NCBI GenBank assembly: GCA_037305845.1
Contig: CP147778.1
Span: forward strand, 1,184,001-1,248,000
Length of the DNA: 64,000 nucleotides
Direction of reading: 5' to 3'
DNA from: Candidatus Freyarchaeum deiterrae
Lineage (GTDB): Archaea > Asgardarchaeota > Jordiarchaeia > Jordiarchaeales > Jordiarchaeaceae
The translations under genes and the position numbers were made by a program. Below the pieces are notes generated by a model that ran no database searches, was not told the origin of the DNA, and worked only from the letters and a program-made list of their open reading frames with translations. Positions 19,755 through 30,143 of this stretch are shown piece by piece; the first letter of the stretch is position 1; each line of letters begins with the position of its first letter.

Positions 19755-21077
19755 TTACCTCAGTGCCACGCCTCTCTTTTTAGCATTAAGATACTGGCTT
19801 ACAGCAGCCGGTAGGAAATCTTCGGGACCTACGTCTATAACTTCCACGTCCATTTTTACGAGATCATCAACAATTTTCTTCCTCTGTTCCAGTAATTCCT
19901 CGGAGATAGCCTCTGTCAATGCTCTCTTGACCGGGGTCATCTCACTGGGGTATGCTTCAAACCAAGGCCCGAAAGGTGAAATGACCAACAATGAGTCTTT
20001 GTGGGCACGTGCAAGTTTACATGCTTCTATCAAGTCTCTGCTGGTTTCTTCAAGGTCAGTGAAAATTATGAAGAAGCTTCTTTTCGGGGTGCGTTTTAGA
20101 ATCCATTCCATTACTTCCTTCATTCGTGTTCCCCCCAGAGGTTCCACGGTGGCAAGTGCCTCTAGTATTTGATAAAAGTAATTCTTACCCATTCTGGGCT
20201 TAACGTAACTGTGAACCTTGTTTGAAAAGGCCACCACACCTACCTCATCTCTACGTTCCAATGCAAGCCTTGCAAGAAGCACCGCCGCTCTTATAGAGTA
20301 GTCAAGTTTTGTATTTTCTGGAAGCCCTCCGCCCATGCTAATACTTGTGTCTATTAGTAACAAAATTGTGATGTTCTTTTCGGTTTCAAATTCCTTAACC
20401 ATTATTCCTCCGGTTTTGGCGGTTGCTTTCCAGTCGATTCTTCGATATTCGTCCATGGGGAAGTAGTTTCTTATGCCGAAGAACTCTGTTCCCATGCCTT
20501 TTTGTCTGGTTCTGTGAGTACCGAACATACGTCCTAAAGTTCTCTGATCAACCAACGATTCCATTTTTCTTACATCTTGGTAGGAAGGATAGACCAAGAG
20601 CTCCGTGTAGACTTGAAATTTTTTCTGTTCGAAATGTAATCCGAGTCGGTCATGCACCACCAGTTTTATGGGTCCTATCTTGTGTATTCCTCTTCTTCGA
20701 CACTGTAAAACGTAAGAAAAGACTTTCTTCTCTTCGGGATCCAATCTAGTAGTCATTATGCTTTTCCCCAGAACCAGAGTGAATATTTCAGGATAAGTGT
20801 CGAATACTTCCAAGTAGTCTATTCTTGAACTTCCCTTATTTTCAACAGACACCGTTACAAATACAAAATCTTCCGCAAACACTTTTTCCTTATCAATGGT
20901 TCTTTTTATTTCAATATTATCCAAATCCACAGCCAATTCAAAATACGGCATGCTGATGACTGACCCCAGAATCAGGAAAATTCCGAGGAGCACCAAGTAG
21001 TAGTTTACAGAGCCAAATCCGAAAGCTAAAATGAAAACTCCGCTGGCAATTACTAAAGCTCCTCTAACAGTAAGCAA
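19755..21077 (-). CDS. DUF58 / vWA domain protein
   Basis: GTEFFGIRNY...RIDWKATAK...VKEFE; MIDAS-like IDTSISM. Confidence 0.9.
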   Translation of the reverse strand: MLTVRGALVIASGVFILAFGFGSVNYYLVLLGIFLILGSVISMPYFELAVDLDNIEIKRTIDKEKVFAEDFVFVTVSVENKGSSRIDYLEVFDTYPEIFTLVLGKSIMTTRLDPEEKKVFSYVLQCRRRGIHKIGPIKLVVHDRLGLHFEQKKFQVYTELLVYPSYQDVRKMESLVDQRTLGRMFGTHRTRQKGMGTEFFGIRNYFPMDEYRRIDWKATAKTGGIMVKEFETEKNITILLLIDTSISMGGGLPENTKLDYSIRAAVLLARLALERRDEVGVVAFSNKVHSYVKPRMGKNYFYQILEALATVEPLGGTRMKEVMEWILKRTPKRSFFIIFTDLEETSRDLIEACKLARAHKDSLLVISPFGPWFEAYPSEMTPVKRALTEAISEELLEQRKKIVDDLVKMDVEVIDVGPEDFLPAAVSQYLNAKKRGVALR

Positions 21078-21100
21078 GAATATTGTCCCTCTGAATATTT

Positions 21101-22144
21101 TTAGATTGGTATGGCAATTTCTCCTACGATACTAGCAATTATCCGGTTTACAGACACTCCCTCAAGTTCTGCTTCTGGTCTAAGAATCAAACGATGGTTT
21201 AATCCTTGCTGGGCTATTCCCTTCACGTCATCGGGGATAACATAGTCTCTGCCGTTCAGAACTGCTCTCGCCTTTGCGCCATCCATCAAGACTATAGATG
21301 CTCGGGGGCTTCCTCCGAGGAGAATTTGAGGATTTCGTCTCGATCTAATCACTATATCACGTATGTATTCCATTATTTCTGGGGCGACGTACACGCCCTG
21401 TACAACATTTTGCATTTTTGTTAGAATGGTCGGTGATGCAACTGATTTAACTTTATCCTCATTTGCTTCGGCTCTTCTCTTGAGCATTTCCACCTCTTCG
21501 CTGTCCGTAGGATAATCCACGTTTAGTTTGAATAGAAATCTGTCGACCTGCGCCTCCGGAAGGGGATATGTTCCCTCATGCTCTATCGGATTCTGTGTTG
21601 CGAGCACCATAAAAGGATTGGAAAGAACGTGCTTTACGCCTTCTATAGTTACTTGTTTTTCCTGCATAGCCTCCAATAGAGCCGACTGAGTTTTTGGTGG
21701 TGCCCTGTTTATTTCGTCAGCGAGCACGATGTTCGCGAAAACCGGACCTTCACGGAATAAAAACTCGCTTGTTTTTTGGTCGAAGACATAGGTTCCCAGT
21801 ATATCTGAAGGGAGTAGGTCTGGTGTGAACTGTATTCTCTTGTACGTACAACCCAGAGTTTGTGCAAAGGTTTTCGCCATGTATGTTTTAGCCACTCCTG
21901 GAACACCTTCCAGTAGGATGTGTCCGTCACACATCAATGCGATAAATATGTCCTCCAGAATCTGGCTCTTTCCCACTATGACTTTATTAACCTCGGTCAT
22001 GATTTCAGAGGCTATTTTCCTAACAGCATTAACGCCGCTAACTTTTCTGGTTTTTTCTTTTCCCTCAGTTTCTGTTTCATCAGACATTTCATTTAACACT
22101 CTCCAACAATCTCTGCATCTGGAAGAATAATTCCAAAAATTCAT
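21101..22144 (-). CDS. moxR: MoxR-family AAA+ ATPase
   Basis: LLEGVPGVAKT, RIQFTPDLLPSD, DEINRAPPKTQSALLEAMQE; probable start at MSDET (about 22087). Confidence 0.95.
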   Translation of the reverse strand: MNFWNYSSRCRDCWRVLNEMSDETETEGKEKTRKVSGVNAVRKIASEIMTEVNKVIVGKSQILEDIFIALMCDGHILLEGVPGVAKTYMAKTFAQTLGCTYKRIQFTPDLLPSDILGTYVFDQKTSEFLFREGPVFANIVLADEINRAPPKTQSALLEAMQEKQVTIEGVKHVLSNPFMVLATQNPIEHEGTYPLPEAQVDRFLFKLNVDYPTDSEEVEMLKRRAEANEDKVKSVASPTILTKMQNVVQGVYVAPEIMEYIRDIVIRSRRNPQILLGGSPRASIVLMDGAKARAVLNGRDYVIPDDVKGIAQQGLNHRLILRPEAELEGVSVNRIIASIVGEIAIPI

Positions 22145-23441
22145 TTTTGCTCATAAACATCTCTTTTCTTTCTGCCGAAATTTCCTCACATAAATCAAAA
22201 AGCTTCTTTACCTCTTTTTCTTTTATGCTAGGATTCTTGGCTATGGCGGCTTGAACCGCCGCATCCACGCTGAAACCTTCCTTAAGCCCGAGCTGTCTCA
22301 CAAGCTCACGTTTCAAGCGGCGATACAATAACTTAACCGCATTACCGTAAAGCTGGTATTGTGTATACCACCTCATCTTTTCGCTGAAGAAAGTTTCACC
22401 CCTACGCATAAACACTTCCGTGGGACTGAGAGGCTCAGGCTTCTTCTCACGAGGCAACCAACGCCAAATAACAAAAGCCAAAATTACGGGGTAAATAGCA
22501 AGAAGCAACCAGTTACTGGACGCCCAGTTAATATACCCCATCATAGAACCGAATATTCTCGCATAAGATGTGGCTGGAAGAGCCAAGTGAGCCTCATCCA
22601 CAATAATCGGATAATCAGTGCCTCCTCTGCCCTGAGCCAACCAATCAACTATGTTAGTGGCAAGTTGATGGTTCTCAACCCGGTTTATCATATCGTCATT
22701 AAAAATACTTGGATCACTCACCAAAACGATTCTACCACTACCTAACCCCATCTGCTTCAAGTCATAAGCAGCAATAACGGTTTGAGGACCGAGAACATCA
22801 GGGGGTGTATCAATAACCATATTATCGTTCATGTCCAGCCAACTATTAAGGGGGCTGGTAGCCGCAACATTACCTTGTGGAACATTAATCAGTGTGCTTG
22901 CATAGTTTAACAATGTCTGGTTTACACCTTGAGTAAAGCTGTAATTACTGTTAAAATCTGTTATCAAAGGTGCTGCTGTCCAGGTTGTTAAATTAGCGTC
23001 CGTTGCCTCGTACAAAACGTGTTTAGTGAATATGGGAGGGGATATCCCTAACATGGGAAAAAGTTGTACAAGAAGTGTATCCGCTGTGCCGAAGTCGTCG
23101 GCTATCAACAAGCCACCACCCTCTCTTACGAAATTAGCCAACCCGCTTACCTCAATTGGGTCATAGTAAATGGTGGAAGGGCCAATAACTAAGAATGTTG
23201 AGTTGGGGGACCTACTGAGAACACTTAGAGAGGAAAGAAGGGGTTGAACTTTGTAGCCCTTACTGTTCAGATCCGCCCTAAACTGCTGACAACCATTAAA
23301 TAATGGGTTATAGATTGAGAAATCGATACCAAACGGGATATTCATTGCTGTGCTGCTTGGAAGAAAAGGAAGTAGTAGGGGAAGCCAAGCAAGAACAAAA
23401 ACCACGATGTAAATAGCAGTTTTGATTTTGCTTCTAGGCAA
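22089..23441 (-). CDS. DUF4350/GldG-like membrane-anchored protein
   Basis: FSIYNP..NG, FVREGGGLLIADDFG, GRIVLVSDPSIFNDDM and DEAH motifs; C-terminal TM. Confidence 0.75.
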   Translation of the reverse strand: MPRSKIKTAIYIVVFVLAWLPLLLPFLPSSTAMNIPFGIDFSIYNPLFNGCQQFRADLNSKGYKVQPLLSSLSVLSRSPNSTFLVIGPSTIYYDPIEVSGLANFVREGGGLLIADDFGTADTLLVQLFPMLGISPPIFTKHVLYEATDANLTTWTAAPLITDFNSNYSFTQGVNQTLLNYASTLINVPQGNVAATSPLNSWLDMNDNMVIDTPPDVLGPQTVIAAYDLKQMGLGSGRIVLVSDPSIFNDDMINRVENHQLATNIVDWLAQGRGGTDYPIIVDEAHLALPATSYARIFGSMMGYINWASSNWLLLAIYPVILAFVIWRWLPREKKPEPLSPTEVFMRRGETFFSEKMRWYTQYQLYGNAVKLLYRRLKRELVRQLGLKEGFSVDAAVQAAIAKNPSIKEKEVKKLFDLCEEISAERKEMFMSKNEFLELFFQMQRLLESVK

Positions 23442-26400
23442 GCTTTAAACTACCTCCGGAAATGAGACTGTAAAGCTCTGCGAAGTATTTGGCTGCCTTA
23501 TTATAATCCTCCTTGTCTAGAGTTTCGTTGCTGTAACGCGCCTGCTCGAACAGCTGCGTTAGACCATTAACCAGTTGAGGGTTAAGGCCTTCCTTCTTTA
23601 TAACCATCACTGCGAATTCACGAGTGGTCTCACTGGGAGCCCTCGCAACACCGGAATACTGGTTCACAGTGTCCGCAAACATGTTATACAGGTACTTGAC
23701 AGCATCATTGAATTTGCCCGCGCCGACCAACTCCTTAAGCTCGGCAGTCCTAGATTGAAGGTTCACGGGCGTAACAACCTTCTTCTCTTCCTTAGGACGG
23801 GCTCTCATAACTAAACAAATCACGAGAACCACAGCAAAAATAGCCAAGATAATTACAATTGGAAGCAAATAAGTTGTATAATCCATCTGCAAAGCATAAT
23901 ATAACATAATAGCCAAACCTCCAAAACCACTATTCTGACTAATTAGAATGGTTGCCGAATCAGAAACACCTGTGTCTAGCTTCAAAGAGATTGTTACATT
24001 ACCCACAGTATTGTTATTAGGGTCAATAAAGTAATTTTGAGAAATTACTCCTGCACTATTAGTAACGCTGAGGCCAATATTAGTCACGTTCCAAGTAATA
24101 TTTATTGTTCTTCCCATTATGGGATTCCCATTAGAATCAACAGAGGCGCATAGTATATCGTAATTACTTCCAAGTACACCAACACTCGGAGACTGAAAAA
24201 CCAGTTGAGCATTAGTAAAAACATGTAACTCAGTGATTCTCGAAGAGCCATTGTGGAATGTATCACCAGCATAGCTTATGTTGAGAACAGACAACGCGTT
24301 AACAGGTAAAATAGAAAGATCAGAGCTATTAAGTGTAATATTGAAGTTACCACTCGGCCCAGTAGCAACACTGTTTAAAAATGTGGAACCAAAATAAACA
24401 GAAACAGTCTGATTATTAAGCCCATTCCCAAGAGAATCCCTTAACACACCCGTTATGTAAGCCGTTTCATTAGGTTGTACTGATCGTGATTCAATACTCT
24501 GTTTTGCGTAAATTCCATTAAGAGACAAGCTTCGATAACCTAAACTTGAAGAACCAATTACTGTTCCAACAATTATCTTGATTATTTTTGATGTACTCGA
24601 AGCATTGAACAATGGTACTGCACTGGTAGCATTGATGGTGTAATTACCAAAGGTAAAGGCGCTACCCGAAATTAGTATATTTGTGCTAAAGTAACCGGAA
24701 CCATTCGTAGTTAAGGGATAATTAGGAGTTGTGTTTCCATAGAACCAAATTATAATGTTAGTATTGGGTCTAAGAGCACCAGTCCCGTCTAGAGCCCATC
24801 CACTAACAGTAATGGTATCACCTATAGCAGCTTGAGTGGGAGCGGAATTTATTACAATTAATCCCATGTCGTAAATGTAAACATTTACTCTAGAAGAGTT
24901 TACACCAAGAACTCTACCACTTGGTGAACAATTAGCAAAAACCTGAACCACCGCCTCCACTTCCCGAGCGGTGTTGTTGTACTGAACATTTCCAAATGGG
25001 TTGGTATTACTACTACTAAGTAGTGTTACATTACCACCAATTACTGTACTATTATCCCAATATATTGAGACTTGCATGTTATTAATTGCTGTTCCATTAT
25101 CATACGCTAAGTGAGCCGTAATATTAGTTGTAGTACCATTTTTGACATTTGATGGATTAACCGATACGGATAGTGACGGCATAACGTATACATGTATTAT
25201 GTCGATTGGATCCGAGGCTGAGGTTGGTGGAGTTATTTGGAAACCTAAATAACTGCCGTTATAGTTTGCTGTAAAATTGTAATCTGTGAGATCCAATGAG
25301 GAACCCGGATAAAATATTTGGAAGTTGCCGTTATTATCCGTCAAACCATTAGCAACTTGGGTTCCATTCCGATCTACTTCTATGTTCACGTTGGGTATTC
25401 CTATAATTGAAGCGTTGGTACAGTTCGGATCGATGAGTCTTCCTTCTACCATTACGCCTCCTTGATTTCGAATAAGATTGTGATTATTTATTCCCACCCA
25501 AGCGGTTGCATTAGCGGTCATGCCGGTGATATTAGAATTACCGGTTAAGAGTACACCAGTATAGTTTGAAGCTATCGGAATACTGGGAGATATTGTTTGG
25601 TTATACGCCTTAGCTAGAAATATTATTGGTCCAACGCGGAAATTACTATTTAGTGTAGTGCTGTTTTGAGCCAGACCGTTTACGTTGGTTGTGCCATTTC
25701 CAATAAAGAGTTCATTCGTTGTTACTGGATCAAAGATGAAGAATGATACGTTAGCACCATTAACAGCACTACCGGAAGTAGCGTTTGTGAGTGTTGCATT
25801 AAGCGTAATTGATGCCCCTCTCGACACAGTCAGTGGAGACGCATTTAATACTAGGCGATAAGCACTTTGAACGTTAGGGTCAGGGTTGGTTCCGTTTTGT
25901 GCGGGCCCAGGTGTTGGGTCAAATTGCACCCATTGACCGCCGCCACTTGAGGTAGGCACCCAAACTTCTGCCCAAGCGTGAGCATCTGAAGCTCTTATGA
26001 TGTGTACTACTCCTAGTTGAGGGTCTACCGTTATTTGTCCCCCTACGAATCCAGTCACAAGTCTAGCTGAGATGCCTAGTGCTCTGAGCGCCATTACGAA
26101 TGCACTCGCGAAATGAACACAGATTCCTTGCCGGCCCTGTAAAAACCATAGCACAGGGTCTTCTCCCTGCGGCGGACCCCCACCGCTTAATAGAACACTT
26201 ATATTATATATGTATGAACCGTTATTTAAAAGAGATAAAGCACTCATAGCGGTTTGATAAACTGTTCCGCTACTATTTATGCTGTTTTTAAAGTTTATAA
26301 AAGTACTATTTGCTAGCAAGTAATTAGGAATTTGAGTGTAAATACTACTTATATTAGACGGCGTCTTCGCAGGAGAGCCTGCAGTACTATTAACTGCAGC

Positions 26401-27162
26401 TAGGTTGAAAGGATATCCTGCAGCCGTATAGTTTAGAGTTGAGAGCCCTGAACCAGTGTAACCTCCGTTAAGGAAAGTACTGTTGTATTGATCCATACTA
26501 ACGTTGAATGTGTTAAGATCTCCTTGCAGGGTTTGGATTGTGTACCCATCAGCGTTTATTATTGAGTAATTTGCGAAAAGTACGGGTATCATAGTGGATT
26601 GTGAAGCGGAATGAGTGAAATTCATATACACCATGTATAATTCCGCTGGAGGATAGGAAGGCACAGTACTATTTGGAGGGTTTGGGTACGATCCTGTTAG
26701 ACTCTTAATCCAGTCCATGCTATAATAGTCATATGCTTCCAGTCTCCAATATCTAGTAGGATATGTGGAATTAATTGGGTGGACTATGAGAATTGTCATG
26801 TTTGGATCCATTAGACCCGAGTCGAACATGCCTATGGGTAGAAATTGGTTTGTCATATTTTGTGGAGTCATGTTGGGGGGTAGAGTCATGTTGGGGGGTA
26901 GAGTCATGTTGAATGGATTAAAGGTTATATTGAAAACGTTGTTGAACCAGTTTTGAGGAATTTGTGGAGGGTTTGTGTTTGTGTTAATTGGTGTAATCCA
27001 GGGATAGTATATTTGTCGTGGTATGTTTGATACGGTGGCGTAGTCGAGTGCTTGCTGCACGTAGGATTGGAACTGGCTTAGGATGAGGTATGCTCCTCCT
27101 AGGCTTAGGATTAGGAGGAGGATAAGTGTTACCGCGATGATTGTTTTCCTTCGGGAGGCCAT
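23434..27162 (-). CDS. Large surface transglutaminase-like protein with Ig-like repeats and C-terminal DUF4129
   Basis: YWR motif; GICVHFASA, HAWAEV and WVQFDPTP (C-H-D triad); many NxS/T sequons; TM then SETTREF...FEQARYS. Confidence 0.88.
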   Translation of the reverse strand: MASRRKTIIAVTLILLLILSLGGAYLILSQFQSYVQQALDYATVSNIPRQIYYPWITPINTNTNPPQIPQNWFNNVFNITFNPFNMTLPPNMTLPPNMTPQNMTNQFLPIGMFDSGLMDPNMTILIVHPINSTYPTRYWRLEAYDYYSMDWIKSLTGSYPNPPNSTVPSYPPAELYMVYMNFTHSASQSTMIPVLFANYSIINADGYTIQTLQGDLNTFNVSMDQYNSTFLNGGYTGSGLSTLNYTAAGYPFNLAAVNSTAGSPAKTPSNISSIYTQIPNYLLANSTFINFKNSINSSGTVYQTAMSALSLLNNGSYIYNISVLLSGGGPPQGEDPVLWFLQGRQGICVHFASAFVMALRALGISARLVTGFVGGQITVDPQLGVVHIIRASDAHAWAEVWVPTSSGGGQWVQFDPTPGPAQNGTNPDPNVQSAYRLVLNASPLTVSRGASITLNATLTNATSGSAVNGANVSFFIFDPVTTNELFIGNGTTNVNGLAQNSTTLNSNFRVGPIIFLAKAYNQTISPSIPIASNYTGVLLTGNSNITGMTANATAWVGINNHNLIRNQGGVMVEGRLIDPNCTNASIIGIPNVNIEVDRNGTQVANGLTDNNGNFQIFYPGSSLDLTDYNFTANYNGSYLGFQITPPTSASDPIDIIHVYVMPSLSVSVNPSNVKNGTTTNITAHLAYDNGTAINNMQVSIYWDNSTVIGGNVTLLSSSNTNPFGNVQYNNTAREVEAVVQVFANCSPSGRVLGVNSSRVNVYIYDMGLIVINSAPTQAAIGDTITVSGWALDGTGALRPNTNIIIWFYGNTTPNYPLTTNGSGYFSTNILISGSAFTFGNYTINATSAVPLFNASSTSKIIKIIVGTVIGSSSLGYRSLSLNGIYAKQSIESRSVQPNETAYITGVLRDSLGNGLNNQTVSVYFGSTFLNSVATGPSGNFNITLNSSDLSILPVNALSVLNISYAGDTFHNGSSRITELHVFTNAQLVFQSPSVGVLGSNYDILCASVDSNGNPIMGRTINITWNVTNIGLSVTNSAGVISQNYFIDPNNNTVGNVTISLKLDTGVSDSATILISQNSGFGGLAIMLYYALQMDYTTYLLPIVIILAIFAVVLVICLVMRARPKEEKKVVTPVNLQSRTAELKELVGAGKFNDAVKYLYNMFADTVNQYSGVARAPSETTREFAVMVIKKEGLNPQLVNGLTQLFEQARYSNETLDKEDYNKAAKYFAELYSLISGGSLKLA
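26864..26911 (-). repeat. 18-bp tandem coding repeat (NMTLPP)
   Basis: agtcatgttggggggtag repeated; protein reads NMTLPPNMTLPPNMTPQNMT. Confidence 0.8.
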
Positions 27163-27562
27163 TTTTTCACCTACGCGTAAGCGTTAGCTTTCCCTTGTAA
27201 TAGATGATATCGTTTTTGATAGTGATAAATGTTTTGAATGTTGCAAAATTTTGGTCAGCAAAAATTACTATGTAGAATGAGAATTTTACAATTTACAATG
27301 TTAGGAATCTCTTAGATGCATAAAATAAAAAAGATCCTCCTTATGAAACTAATGAGAAGCTTACCATTTTATCTCGTGGATTGACTGTATACAATATGAT
27401 AAGTTCAGTGAGTGAAGATAGCTGGATGTTTGTTTGGATACCGAGAATTTAGCTGCATTAACCACACATAGATAAGATTTTAAGCAAATGAGTTGACGTT
27501 TAGATGACCGGAGTGTTTCCATTCGTGGCGTTTCGAGCATCATTATTCCAAGGGATGCCATC

Positions 27563-28639
27563 ATGGGCGAAATGGATATCATGTTCAGTGAGGAAATGGG
27601 AAAATACGATTTCGGGCCGGGACATCCTTTCAGAGGAGATCGGTTCACCAATTTCATTGAACGTTTCAGAGAGGTGTTTTTGAATGAGAGCTCGAGGTTC
27701 GAAATTGTAAAGCCGAGATATGCCACTGAAGAAGAAATACTGACAGTTCACGACCCTAACTATGTGGACTACGTTAAGAAGACCGCAGCCAGAAACGGAT
27801 TCCTAACATTAGATACTCCCTTATCCCCCGGTATGCATGAACAGGCAAAACTTGTCGTCGGGGCCGCCCTAGACGGCGCCGAGCGGATTATGAATAGCAA
27901 TGCATCAAAAGCCGTGGTAATCGGTGGAGGGATGCATCATGCCGGAAGTGATTATGGCGGGGGTTTCTGTATTTATAATGATGTTGCGATTGCTGCTAAG
28001 ATGCTTCTTGAGAAATATAAATTTGAGAGGATACTTATCATAGACACTGATGCTCATGCTGGTAATGGAACGGAGGATATCTTCTACGAGGAGCCTCGAG
28101 TGCTTTTCATTTCGCTTCACCAGGATCCTAGGACGTTGTATCCGGGAAAGGGATTTATTTGGGAGATAGGATCTGGTGAGGGAAAGGGCTACACGGTTTG
28201 TGTGCCTCTGCCTCCAGGCTCGGGGTATGATGTTTATACTTTGGTTATGGATGAAATCTTTGTGCCTTTGGCGCGTGAATTCAAGCCTCAGATAATTTTT
28301 AGAAACGGGGGCAGTGACCCTCACTTTGCCGATACCATCACTAATCTTGGTCTTTCTATGAAAGGGTTCAATATGTTTGGGCGATATGTACGCGATATGT
28401 CTGGGGAGCTATGTGGGGGTAAGGAGCTGGATTTTATTGGGAGTGGCTATAATCCCATTGTTTTGCCTAACGCTTGGGTTTCCATTATTTTGGGACTGGC
28501 GGGAATTGATAGGATTCTACCCGAACCTGTTAATCCCCCTCCATGGCTGGATGACCCGAAATTAGTGGAATACACAAAATCCAAGGTCATAGAAGAGCTC
28601 AAACTAACCTTAAGAGACTACTGGAATTGTTTCCGGTAG
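27563..28639 (+). CDS. HDAC/AcuC-family deacetylase
   Basis: GHPF, GGGMHHA, GFCIYND and DTDAHAGNG motifs; probable start about 27582. Confidence 0.9.
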   Translation: MGEMDIMFSEEMGKYDFGPGHPFRGDRFTNFIERFREVFLNESSRFEIVKPRYATEEEILTVHDPNYVDYVKKTAARNGFLTLDTPLSPGMHEQAKLVVGAALDGAERIMNSNASKAVVIGGGMHHAGSDYGGGFCIYNDVAIAAKMLLEKYKFERILIIDTDAHAGNGTEDIFYEEPRVLFISLHQDPRTLYPGKGFIWEIGSGEGKGYTVCVPLPPGSGYDVYTLVMDEIFVPLAREFKPQIIFRNGGSDPHFADTITNLGLSMKGFNMFGRYVRDMSGELCGGKELDFIGSGYNPIVLPNAWVSIILGLAGIDRILPEPVNPPPWLDDPKLVEYTKSKVIEELKLTLRDYWNCFR

Positions 28640-28640
28640 A

Positions 28641-30062
28641 GTGCTTAATAGTTCTAATGGAATCTATCATATTTGTGAGCTGAATAAATTCTTTGATGTT
28701 GTGAGGTGTGATTCTTTGCCTAATAGTAGGGAATTAGCGGCTGACATGCTCATACAGTATGAAAGTAATTGGAGGAGCGCATCACTTCGAACCATTTTCT
28801 ATAACACGGTTGATGCGGTGGATATTGACGATATTCCAGTTAAAACTAGTAGCTACGGTCTAATGCTGGAAACTATAAAGTGTTTTAACACGCTTGATTA
28901 CTTACTTATAAGATTTATTAATAAAAAAAGATTCAGAGAGATGGATCCCTTTCTGCGCAATATGCTTAGAATCGCCACACTAGAGTTGAAATTCAATTAT
29001 GATTCCACGGTTCGTGTAGAGGACATAGTCTACAAGTTGATATTAAAGAGACGAGGGGAGAATGATGCGAAATATGCTATGAATATTCTTGAAAAAGTTA
29101 ATGAGCTCAATTTTGAGGAAGCTCTAAACAAACTGGATAAGAATGGGCAAATTAGTCTCAAATATTTTCACCCTACCTATCTAGTCAGTAAATTTGTAGA
29201 AATTTTTGGTTACGATGAAGCGGTAGAGTTAATGCAAGCTAACAATCAGAAGAAGACTGTCTGGCTTAGAGTTAACACCCTGAAATCAAGCATGGAGGAT
29301 GCAATTCAAACACTTGAGAAGGGGGGCGCCGGGGTTCAACGGGATGAAGACTTTCCGGAAGTTTTTAGGTTGCTGGAAACAGAAAACCCGGTTCCTCTAA
29401 CTCCGGTTTTTAGGGATCGAAGTATAATAATTCAAGATAAAGCAAGCGTAGCAGTGGTTCACGCGTTGGATCCAAAACCAGGAGAATGTGTCCTCGACGC
29501 CTGTGCTGCCCCCGGTATGAAGACTTCTCTAATTTCACAGAAAATGGGAAATGCCGGATTAATAGTTGCTGTGGATAATAATCAGGCTCGTCTGAATAAG
29601 ATGAAAGAACTGCTTGAGATTTCCGGTGTGAAGAACGTGGAATTCAAGTTGGCAGATTCCAGAAAGCTGTCCGAAGGCGAGTACGATAAGATTCTCGTAG
29701 ATGCTCCCTGTACTTCCAGCGGAGTCATACAGTCCTCACCCGAGATGAAATGGAGGCTAAACCAAAACCAAGTTGACTGGTACTCTTCCATTCAAAAAGA
29801 TATACTCGAAAACACACTAAACCTATTGAAGAAAAACGGCACATTAGTATTCTCAACATGTTCTGTTTTTCCAGAAGAGGGCGAACAAGTAATAGACGCA
29901 GTAAAAGAAAAGGTGGTCATTTTAAAACTAGAAGTTCCTGGCTCTGAAGGCTATAAGGGATACACCTTTTCCCCAAAAATAAAAAGATTCTTTCCCCACA
30001 AACACGGAACTCAAGGATTTTTCATGTGCAAAATGAAACTAAAAGAAACAGACAATAAATAA
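28641..30062 (+). CDS. RsmB/NOP2/Sun-family RNA m5C methyltransferase with NusB-like domain
   Basis: LDACAAPGMKT, DAPCTSSG, FSTCS and GFF motifs. Confidence 0.9.
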   Translation: MLNSSNGIYHICELNKFFDVVRCDSLPNSRELAADMLIQYESNWRSASLRTIFYNTVDAVDIDDIPVKTSSYGLMLETIKCFNTLDYLLIRFINKKRFREMDPFLRNMLRIATLELKFNYDSTVRVEDIVYKLILKRRGENDAKYAMNILEKVNELNFEEALNKLDKNGQISLKYFHPTYLVSKFVEIFGYDEAVELMQANNQKKTVWLRVNTLKSSMEDAIQTLEKGGAGVQRDEDFPEVFRLLETENPVPLTPVFRDRSIIIQDKASVAVVHALDPKPGECVLDACAAPGMKTSLISQKMGNAGLIVAVDNNQARLNKMKELLEISGVKNVEFKLADSRKLSEGEYDKILVDAPCTSSGVIQSSPEMKWRLNQNQVDWYSSIQKDILENTLNLLKKNGTLVFSTCSVFPEEGEQVIDAVKEKVVILKLEVPGSEGYKGYTFSPKIKRFFPHKHGTQGFFMCKMKLKETDNK

Positions 30063-30143
30063 TCTCATTGTTTGATTGGAAATGCTTATAGTGTACTTTA
30101 AATAAGTTAGTACTAGGGTCAGCGGTTTAGCGGAGAAATATAA

